From Promethearchaeota archaeon (lineage in GTDB: Archaea; Asgardarchaeota; Lokiarchaeia; Sigyniarchaeales; SOKP01), in assembly GCA_016926735.1 (NCBI GenBank), contig JAFGOA010000085.1:1-14411 (forward strand): a stretch of 14,411 nt of DNA, written 5' to 3'. The number at the start of each line of letters is the position of its first letter. The stretch's first letter is position 1. Shown in pieces: positions 1-7,491 of this stretch. The notes beneath the pieces are model-generated. The model ran no database searches, was not told the DNA's origin, and saw only the letters and a list, made by a program, of their open reading frames with translations. The translations under genes were made by a program, and so were the position numbers.

Positions 1-38
1 ATTCTTTTAAAAATATTATAATCAATAAAATTTTAATT

Positions 39-566
39 ATGTCACCTAAAGAAGAAACTAAAATTGATATTACTGAGGAGGTTTTTAGAGATCCTATTGA
101 AGTGATAAAAAAATTATCGACACATTTATCAATAGCATATACAAAAGTTATCCAAACATATGTAATGGAAGAAAGAAATCTTGATCTGATATTATTAAAA
201 CAAGGTTCATCATATTTTAAAGGTAAAATTGTATGGATAGGAAATAGAAAAGATGATACAGAGGGAACGATATTTTGTGTTGATACCAGATCAGAACTGA
301 AGAAAATTAATCCTACTTCAGAAAATACTGAAAATATAATTCTTGATCTGAAGAAAAATGCAATTTTAATCTCCACAGAAGCAAAAGCAAAATGTTCTGT
401 TTGTGGAAAGAATATAGAGGTTTTTGATGATGTTTCAGGTTGTCCTTTGTGTGGTGCAAAAGCTCATAAAGATCATTTGTTAGATTGGATTAAAATGAAA
501 CATAATTGTCCAGTATGTAAAAAATCTTTAGATCTATCATCAATTGGTCAAATTATTATTGATTAA
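39..566 (+). CDS. RING-finger-like Zn-binding protein (candidate E3 ubiquitin ligase), C-terminal RING variant
   Basis: C-terminus CSVC-x12-CPLC-x4-HKDH-LLDW-x6-CPVC gives eight ligands in RING-like spacing, with the conserved Trp and CPxC. The N-terminal ~115 aa are not recognised. Confidence 0.75.
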   Translation: MSPKEETKIDITEEVFRDPIEVIKKLSTHLSIAYTKVIQTYVMEERNLDLILLKQGSSYFKGKIVWIGNRKDDTEGTIFCVDTRSELKKINPTSENTENIILDLKKNAILISTEAKAKCSVCGKNIEVFDDVSGCPLCGAKAHKDHLLDWIKMKHNCPVCKKSLDLSSIGQIIID

Positions 567-569
567 TGT

Positions 570-1304
570 TTATATTGATTTAAAATCTTCAATAGTGATT
601 GTGCCATCATACAAAGCCGTCCCGATTAAAACACCAGCGAAATCTTTTTCAATTAATTGCCTAATATCATCAATGTCTCGAATACCGCCCCCAACAAAGA
701 TCTTTCCATTAAACCTTCTTTTTATAGTATTATATAATTTTGGAATACCTCCAATTTTCATTCCAACTCTTTTTAAATCTAAGAGAATTATCTTTTCAAC
801 ACCTAAATTATTTATCTGATTGATAAAAGGTAAAATTTTTTTATTTTGAAAATGAGAATTATTAGAAAAAATTCTTTCACCACACATATCTATACTTACT
901 ATTAATTTATTTAATCCTATAATCTCCATACCAGAGGAAATTACTTTGAAATTCCGAATGGTTTCTAATCCAAAAATGAGATTATGAATATTTAATTTTG
1001 AAAATACTTCGATATCTGCTTCATTTTTAATACCAGGATCTAATATTAATTTTATTTTTTGAAGAGAAATTATTTCTTTAATTAATTTAAAGTTTGGACT
1101 ATTATTAACTATAGAATCTAAATCTGCTATATAGAACTTATTAAAATTGAATTTTTTGCTAATTATTTCTATTATTTCTTTTGGTATAGAAGACTTAAAT
1201 AAATAAGATTGAAGAATTTTATATTTTGACCTTTCTCCTCTTATAGCATGAACAGCCTTTGAGTTTAAGATATCTATAACCGGGATAATTTCAAAGTTAT
1301 TCAT
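570..1304 (-). CDS. HisA/HisF-related TIM-barrel protein (methanogen/methylotroph hisAF-related type, probably not true HisA)
   Basis: IIPVIDI..AVHAIRGERSKY, YIADLDSI, DPGI, GLETI, ILLDLKRVG, FVGGGIR and VLIGTALYDG motifs. It lacks the VRLxQG motif of true HisA. Confidence 0.8.
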   Translation of the reverse strand: MNNFEIIPVIDILNSKAVHAIRGERSKYKILQSYLFKSSIPKEIIEIISKKFNFNKFYIADLDSIVNNSPNFKLIKEIISLQKIKLILDPGIKNEADIEVFSKLNIHNLIFGLETIRNFKVISSGMEIIGLNKLIVSIDMCGERIFSNNSHFQNKKILPFINQINNLGVEKIILLDLKRVGMKIGGIPKLYNTIKRRFNGKIFVGGGIRDIDDIRQLIEKDFAGVLIGTALYDGTITIEDFKSI

Positions 1305-1686
1305 TTTTTTTAGAATTTTGTAGAAGATATATAATTAATTTATAGTAAATAATTTGGTTAAGAAATTCTTTCTTTTTAAAAATAGTGGAATAATTATCAA
1401 TATTAATGTAAATACGGGATATAATATCATGACAAAAGCATTCTTAAATTCTATAAATAATGATGGGATATAGAGTTTGGTGTTAAATTCCCCAATTATC
1501 AAAATTTCTTAATAATTTTAAATAAGATTAGCTAAATTATATTATTTTTAATAATATAATATATAAATCATTTAATCAAGACAGACTTTTTTTTTAAAAA
1601 TAATGGAGTTTAATTAACAATTAAATAAATTTATTTATAAGTTATAAAAGCTAGAATCCTTTTTAGAAAATAAAGAAAAAATAAGT

Positions 1687-3414
1687 GTGATTAACATGAA
1701 AATCGATAATTATATAAAAAAGATTATTGAAGAAACTGGGTTAAATAAAATTGATATAGAGAAAATGGTAAGCGAAAAAAAAGAAGAATTAAAAGGATTA
1801 ATTTCTGATGAAGGAGCACTATTTATAATCGCAAAGGAATTAGGAGTAGATGTTAAAGATCAAGATAGTGATTATTTAGAAGATATTGAAATAAATATAT
1901 CTGATATTACATCAAATATGAGAAATATTATACTCATAGGGAGAATAAAAGAAATATATAGAATCAGCGAATTTAATAAAAAAGATGGTAGTATAGGCAA
2001 AGTAGGTTCATTTTTATTAAGTGATAGTTCTGGAGATATTAGAGTTGTATTATGGGATGATAAAACGGAAATCTTAGATAATGCACTTTTTACCCTGAAT
2101 GAATTAGTTAAATTAATAAATGGTTATGCTAAAGAAGGAAAGTATGGAATAGAGGTTCATGTTTCAAACATGGGTAAGATTATTTTATCTCCAAATGATA
2201 TCGATAATAAAAAATATCCAAAAATAAAAAATAATGATACAATTGCAATTAATGAAATTAATCTTACACAAAGATTAATAACTGTAAAGGGTAAAATTAT
2301 TCAAAAAGGTATAATAAATGAATTTAAAAAAAAAGATGGCGCAATAGGAAAAGTAAGTTCAATATTTATTAGAGATCAGACAGATAGTATTCGAATAACA
2401 ATTTGGGACGATAAAACAGAGCAACTTGAAAATATTGAAATAGGGGATGTCATTACAATTACAAACTTGGTTCCTAAACAAAATAAATATGATCCTAATC
2501 AAATTGAATTATCATCATCTTTTAATTCTAAAATCATTAAAGAAAAGGAAATGTTGGACATAAAAGAGGTTATAATAAAAAAAATAAAATATTTACAAGA
2601 AAAGAATAATATTGTTTCTTTTAGAGGAGTTATTTCATCAATTGAAAATTTAAAAAAAATTAATTTAAGATCAGGGGAAGAAGTCTCTCTCTTAAATATA
2701 ATAGTAAGTGATGATACTGATGGTGTAAGGGTAACATTTTGGAAGGATTCCGCAGAGAAATATTCAAAAACACTTAAAATGGGTCAAGGAATTGTATTAA
2801 AAAATGTTGTATTGAGATACAGCGAATTTTACAAAAGAAAAGAGGTAACTTTTACTAAAACATCCCAATTGGAATTTAAAGATTTAGATATTAAAAACTT
2901 GAAAGAGTTAGATCTTAGTGGCATAGGAGATAAGAAATCATCATATACGGGTAATTATACAAATATTAGTGATATTAATTCTCCAGGAATATATGAAATA
3001 AAAGGTATTATTGTTAAAGAACTCTCTAATATTACGATATATGAAGCCTGTACAAAATGTGGAAGGAAAACAAGTAATTGTAATTGTGAAGATGTTGGAG
3101 GAACTGAAAATCGAATGATTTTGAATATAATTATAGATGATGGAACAAGTACAATAAGATGTGTTTTTGTAGCAGAGAATGCTGAGAAAATAATAAACAC
3201 AGATACAACAAGCATTTCAAAAATAATTAACACCCCAGAATATAACACCTTATTAGAAGGGATCTCAAAGGACCTTATTGGTAAGAATCTAATAATAAAA
3301 GGTAAAGCAAAATATAGCGAGTTTTCAAATACCTATGAGATTTCTGTTTTTGATTTTAAAGAATTGAATATAAATGAAGAAATTGAAAGATTAATGGATG
3401 AAATAGATGTTTAA
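1687..3414 (+). CDS. rpa: Replication protein A large subunit (multi-OB-fold ssDNA-binding protein with Zn finger); ATG at 1696 is an alternative start
   Basis: N-terminal helical GLISDEGALFIIAKELGV domain. Three OB repeats (D.SG.IRVVLWD, DQTDSIRITIWD, DDTDGVRVTFWK). A fourth OB has YEACTKCGRK..CNC and DDGTSTIRCVF. Confidence 0.9.
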   Translation: MINMKIDNYIKKIIEETGLNKIDIEKMVSEKKEELKGLISDEGALFIIAKELGVDVKDQDSDYLEDIEINISDITSNMRNIILIGRIKEIYRISEFNKKDGSIGKVGSFLLSDSSGDIRVVLWDDKTEILDNALFTLNELVKLINGYAKEGKYGIEVHVSNMGKIILSPNDIDNKKYPKIKNNDTIAINEINLTQRLITVKGKIIQKGIINEFKKKDGAIGKVSSIFIRDQTDSIRITIWDDKTEQLENIEIGDVITITNLVPKQNKYDPNQIELSSSFNSKIIKEKEMLDIKEVIIKKIKYLQEKNNIVSFRGVISSIENLKKINLRSGEEVSLLNIIVSDDTDGVRVTFWKDSAEKYSKTLKMGQGIVLKNVVLRYSEFYKRKEVTFTKTSQLEFKDLDIKNLKELDLSGIGDKKSSYTGNYTNISDINSPGIYEIKGIIVKELSNITIYEACTKCGRKTSNCNCEDVGGTENRMILNIIIDDGTSTIRCVFVAENAEKIINTDTTSISKIINTPEYNTLLEGISKDLIGKNLIIKGKAKYSEFSNTYEISVFDFKELNINEEIERLMDEIDV

Positions 3415-3426
3415 TTTTACTTTTAA

Positions 3427-3843
3427 TTAATTAATAATGCAGATCTCTTGGAATTTAATAGGATTAACTAATAAATCATTAAAGAGTTCATTTAGATATT
3501 TTATTGACTCAATATCTAATTCTTTATTAAATGGCCATATTCCAACTAATATATCTCCTTTTTTTTTAGAATTCCCAATCAAAATTCCTTGTTTTTTAGC
3601 CTTTAGTGAAAAAAGAATAACATTGTAATAGTTATAATTCGGTTGAGTAGAATTCTTACCAAATTTTATAACTGCTTCAATATTTTGGAAAGTTATAATC
3701 TTTGCATCTTTTTTTTGCCTAAGCTGGTCTAAATAATCAATAGATATCCCTAATTCAGAATTTAATTCAATTTCTTTAAATGTAAGACTTAACTTTTCTT
3801 TTTCAATCTTATTAGAACCCTTAAAAATTACTTTATAAACCAT
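3427..3843 (-). CDS. hypothetical protein (138 aa)
   Basis: ATG-started 138-codon ORF filling the gap between rpa and the tRNA pair; no recognisable motif. Confidence 0.7.
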   Translation of the reverse strand: MVYKVIFKGSNKIEKEKLSLTFKEIELNSELGISIDYLDQLRQKKDAKIITFQNIEAVIKFGKNSTQPNYNYYNVILFSLKAKKQGILIGNSKKKGDILVGIWPFNKELDIESIKYLNELFNDLLVNPIKFQEICIIN

Positions 3844-3935
3844 TTTAATATATAATAATACTTAAATATATTAAAACTTATGATTCAATTTTGTTATCAA
3901 TTCTAAAATATAATAAAATAAGAAAAAAGATAAAG

Positions 3936-4125
3936 CGCCCCCGGCTTTCTCTAATATCTGTAATTCAGATATTATATGGGACTCGTTATGCTCAGATATT
4001 TAGCATAAACTCGAACATGCGACCGCCCGGTTAACTTCCGGAGGTATTATTTGCTTTAATACCTTAGCCGGGTGCTTTTGGCACACCGTTTATGGCGATG
4101 CTCTACCTAACTGAGCTACGGAGGC
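3936..4125 (-). tRNA. trnN: tRNA-Asn(GTT) with four introns (22/23, 33/34, 59/60, 63/64)
   Basis: Exons 4125-4103, 4076-4066, 4035-4010, 3979-3976 and 3945-3936 join to GCCTCCG TA GCTC AGTTAGGTA GAGC A CCCGG CT GTT AA CCGGG CGGTC GCATG TTCGAGC CATGC CGGGGGC G (74 nt, all four stems paired). Introns 4102-4077 (26 nt), 4065-4036, 4009-3980 and 3975-3946 (30 nt each) are hairpins with BHB/BHL geometry. The intron 1 junction is ambiguous by a few nt. CCA is not encoded. Confidence 0.88.
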
Positions 4126-4140
4126 ATACTTATGTTTTTG

Positions 4141-4243
4141 TGCTTCTGCCGGGATTCGAACCCGGGTCACGAGGGTGAAAGCCTCGGATGCATTGTCCTT
4201 AATTATTAATTAATTAAGTTTGGCCGGACTACACTACAGAAGC
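4141..4243 (-). tRNA. trnE: tRNA-Glu(TTC) with one D-arm intron (~21/22)
   Basis: GCTTCTG TA GTGT AGTCCGGCCAA|GCAT C CGAGG CT TTC AC CCTCG TGAC CCGGG TTCGAAT CCCGG CAGAAGC A. The 28-nt intron at 4219-4192 has an 8-bp hairpin (CTTAATTA/TAATTAAG). Anticodon at 4179-4177. Confidence 0.93.
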
Positions 4244-4597
4244 TTATTTTTTTTTTAATCAATATTACTAGTTTTATTAATCTAATATATAATATTAATC
4301 TGTAATATCCTAAATTATCTAGAAATTAAATATTTTTCTATAAAAGTTATTATTTTTTTTATTCAATAAAAGATTAGATATCTTAACTCATAATTCTTTT
4401 ATTTATTGGAATTAGCAAAAAAAAAATAATTAATAAATTTCCGGAAATTTTGATTCTGATAAAGTTAAAATCCAATTATCTAATTAAATTTATACATCAC
4501 ATGAAATACCGTAATAAATAATATATTTTGATAAATCCAATATTATCAATTAAAAAAAGGTCACTAAAAAGAATTAATAGTTAGGAGAGAAGAAAAA

Positions 4598-4701
4598 TGC
4601 GGGAAGGGAGATTTGAACTCCCGAACTCCTTTGAGAATGGATCTCTTCGAGAATTATCTCTTCTAAGTCCACCGCCTTTGACCATACTTGGCAATTCCCG
4701 C
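4598..4701 (-). tRNA. trnL: tRNA-Leu(TAG) with canonical 37/38 intron
   Basis: GCGGGAA acceptor pairs with TTCCCGC plus discriminator A; long variable arm (CTC/GAG stem); GGGAG TTCAAAT CTCCC T-arm. The 19-nt intron at 4661-4643 forms a BHB (CTTA/GAAG helix, bulges GA|A and AG|A, GAGA/TCTC stem). Confidence 0.92.
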
Positions 4702-4908
4702 TTTTTTATACTATAAGTATATAAATATAACTGCTCCAAATTAATTAAATTTACTATTTAATTACTATTGAAAATTATAAGATTAGAATTAAAAAATAAT
4801 TATGTGATTTAATACTATCATTTATTTATTTTTAAAATTTAAAAGAATAAAAATAAAATAAAGGAATAATATTTGTTTTATTAATGGAAAAAAAAAAGAT
4901 GATAAAGA

Positions 4909-5910
4909 TTGAGTGTTAGAGAATCTCTCATAAAACATTTGACATCCATATTAAGATCATCTGAAGGAACTCTTTTAGTAGTTCTATGTGATTTAGATGG
5001 CCTTTCTATAGCAAAAATCGGAAGAAAAAGTGATCTAGATATAAACCCAAACCATATCACTAGTCTTGCTTCGGCTGCATTCTCAACAACTGCAGAAAAT
5101 TGGGACGATTTAGAAATCAACGAACAAGTTGTTTCATTTATCTTCTTTGATAAAGTATGTCTAATCACTATAAAGATCAATCAAACCCTTCTTAATATCG
5201 TACATAATTATAATAAAGATTGGCCCTTGGATGCTGATAATCTAGCAAGTTCAATGTACTATCTAAAACAAAAACTTGGAGAATTTTTTGGAGGAGTACA
5301 TACAACAGAAAAAGAATTAGAAGAGTTCTCAAATAAAGTAAGAAGTGCTATCTATCTTAGTGGTATGGGAACTGATGTTCCTTTCTTATCTTATACGCCA
5401 AAAGAGTATGATTCTACAAATTTTATTACGGGTATAACAACAATTTTAAATTCTATTCAAAATTCAACAATTTTTTTAAGATATTGTCTTGCAGATCCTT
5501 CAGGATTAATGTTAGATGCAAAGGAAAATAGTAATATAAACTTACCTCTTTCGATTGAAGCATTTTCAGCAAATGCAACAGTAGCATTTCAAAAGATGAA
5601 AGAAGAATCATCTCAAGGGAACATGGGAGATCTTTTGTGTTATATTGCAATTTCAGGGGAAAATACGGACAATCTCTATGGTCTTATCACATGTCCTTCA
5701 GGAAGACTAAGTTTTTCAAAAGGAAAGGATAAAAGTAATATAGAAGATATTTCTTTTATTGGTTTATTTAATCTTGATTATGGTGTTATTCCAATTATAG
5801 GTGAAGCAAGAAATATAGTATATTCGATATTAGAAATAATAGGTGTAGAAAAGGTTTCAGAGCATTTTATAAACGCTGCGAATATATTAATGAAGAGTAA
5901 ATACCAATGA
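4909..5910 (+). CDS. Tandem Roadblock/LC7-like (MglB/LAMTOR fold) domain protein
   Basis: Two similar units: VVLCDLDGLSIA..ITSLASAAFSTT and YCLADPSGLMLDA..IEAFSANATVAF, matching the beta-hairpin DxxGL plus helix pattern of Roadblock domains. TTG start. Confidence 0.7.
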   Translation: MSVRESLIKHLTSILRSSEGTLLVVLCDLDGLSIAKIGRKSDLDINPNHITSLASAAFSTTAENWDDLEINEQVVSFIFFDKVCLITIKINQTLLNIVHNYNKDWPLDADNLASSMYYLKQKLGEFFGGVHTTEKELEEFSNKVRSAIYLSGMGTDVPFLSYTPKEYDSTNFITGITTILNSIQNSTIFLRYCLADPSGLMLDAKENSNINLPLSIEAFSANATVAFQKMKEESSQGNMGDLLCYIAISGENTDNLYGLITCPSGRLSFSKGKDKSNIEDISFIGLFNLDYGVIPIIGEARNIVYSILEIIGVEKVSEHFINAANILMKSKYQ

Positions 5911-5931
5911 ATTATAGAAATGGTTTTTTTT

Positions 5932-7491
5932 TTAGATTTCAATTTTTTTTAAATTTAGATTAGATATTTTATTCAAAATATTTTTCCAAAAAAGAACTAG
6001 TTGGAAGGAATAAAAATCATTTTTCCTTTTAATCTGATATTTTATTATTTCTTTAAGGTATTGATAATTTAATTTTAAACATGTAATCAATGACATATTT
6101 TTACTTGGTCTTACTAAAAGCCCAAAAAAATGTTGATTTATATTAAAAATTTTCCACCAATTTTTATAATAAATCTTTGATCCAAATTTTTCTTCAGCAA
6201 TAACATATAATTTTGAACCAATGAATGCCATATATTTAGAAAAGTCTAAATTTACATTATATTTTTCAACTAATGATTGATCACCATATCTTTTTTTAAG
6301 AAAGAAATCTTTTCCTTGTTCTAATGATAAATTATCTTCACCGGGGGTTCCGATCATATAATAAAATATGATTTTGGAATTAATTCTATTGGACTCCATA
6401 ATTAATTTTCTTGTTTTTTCTAAATAGTGATTTATAGTTCTTTGTAATATATTTTTATCTTTAGCAAGGAATTTCTCCATTCTGTATAACATTAATTCAG
6501 AAGTAAAATCCAATCCAAAATGAGGGATAATATCTAATTCTTTATAATGATATAAATCTTTCAAGGTGCAATATTCAATTCTATCATAGACGATTATTTT
6601 TAATGATTTTTTTGTATTTTTCTTATTTATTTTTTTTAGTTCTTTGAAAAATAATTCTCTTTTAGATCTTTTAGGAAGAAAGAACATATCAGTGATGTGG
6701 ATTTGATTAATAGATAACCAGGAAGTTTTTTTTAAAATTTCTATTTCTTTAATACATAATTTTATAGATTTTATTCTTACTTTTTTATAACAAATAGTAG
6801 TTCCGGATGTTCCACAATAGCTACAACGAAAGATACATCCTCTAGAAAAATCAAGATATAATTTATCTATAACATGTTTATATCTTTTAAATAAACCAAA
6901 ATCAATTAATGGAATATCATTAAGATTTTTAACCATTTCTGTTTTAAGAATAATACTTGGTTCTTTCATATTTTTTCTTAGATTTATATTCTTTTCTATT
7001 AATCCTCTTATTAATTTATAAAAGGGTATTTCACCTTCCTCTTTGATTATAAAATCAAAAGGAGTTTCATTTTTTGGATATTCTTCAAAAAAGTAATTGG
7101 GAATATTATTTATATGAAAATCTTCTGGAACTATACTTGGATGTACTCCTCCAACTACAATAAGAGTGTTATGAAAAATTTTTTTTATTAAGAAAGCTAC
7201 TTCAACGGAATTTAAATAATTAAATGATGTATAACAAGAAATAGCAACTAGATCAAAAGGAAATTTATTATATAATTTATTAAGTAATTTTTTAAGAGCA
7301 GCTCTATAGAGATCTATTTTTTCTGGACAAAATTGAGGCAAATTTTCATGTCTTAAATCTAAATATTTCTCTTTAATAGTAAATTTAAATTCTTTATTTT
7401 TTAAATTAAGATAATTAGAGATTCTTGCAAAATTTAATAATAGATGTGAATTTGCCCAAAAAGCAAAAGGATGAATATATAGGATCCTCAT
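5932..7491 (-). CDS. Cobalamin-binding radical SAM protein (class B methylase-like)
   Basis: N-terminal B12-binding domain motifs DLVAISCYTS, VVGGVHPS and EEGEIPF; SRGCIFRCSYC (CxxxCxxC); YMIGTPGE. Confidence 0.88.
   Translation of the reverse strand: MRILYIHPFAFWANSHLLLNFARISNYLNLKNKEFKFTIKEKYLDLRHENLPQFCPEKIDLYRAALKKLLNKLYNKFPFDLVAISCYTSFNYLNSVEVAFLIKKIFHNTLIVVGGVHPSIVPEDFHINNIPNYFFEEYPKNETPFDFIIKEEGEIPFYKLIRGLIEKNINLRKNMKEPSIILKTEMVKNLNDIPLIDFGLFKRYKHVIDKLYLDFSRGCIFRCSYCGTSGTTICYKKVRIKSIKLCIKEIEILKKTSWLSINQIHITDMFFLPKRSKRELFFKELKKINKKNTKKSLKIIVYDRIEYCTLKDLYHYKELDIIPHFGLDFTSELMLYRMEKFLAKDKNILQRTINHYLEKTRKLIMESNRINSKIIFYYMIGTPGEDNLSLEQGKDFFLKKRYGDQSLVEKYNVNLDFSKYMAFIGSKLYVIAEEKFGSKIYYKNWWKIFNINQHFFGLLVRPSKNMSLITCLKLNYQYLKEIIKYQIKRKNDFYSFQLVLFWKNILNKISNLNLKKIEI

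Noticed and set aside
544-819. 91-aa plus-strand ORF
   Set aside because: Antisense shadow of the HisA/F-related gene.
1335-1502. 55-codon TTG-started minus-strand ORF with a hydrophobic stretch (MIIGEF...LILIIIPLFLKRK...)
   Set aside because: No SD or motif, and I/L/F/K-rich short ORFs arise by chance in very AT-rich DNA. Cannot be supported without homologs.
2955-3628. ORFs 2955-3248(-) and 3437-3628(+)
   Set aside because: Antisense to rpa and to the longer 138-aa ORF; no motifs.
3946-4102. Series of ~30-nt hairpins as a possible CRISPR array, terminators or MITEs
   Set aside because: The units are not direct repeats, and all are explained as tRNA introns whose removal restores a cloverleaf.
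4702-4730. TATA-like boxes upstream of tRNAs and genes
   Set aside because: The background is so AT-rich that individual boxes cannot be called reliably by eye.
4884-4911. A10 tract upstream of the Roadblock gene as a possible frameshift extending its N-terminus
   Set aside because: The coding frame has TGA TAA stops between the tract and the TTG, so no slip could extend it.
4881-5650. ORFs 4881-5180(-) and 5453-5650(-)
   Set aside because: Antisense shadows of the Roadblock gene.
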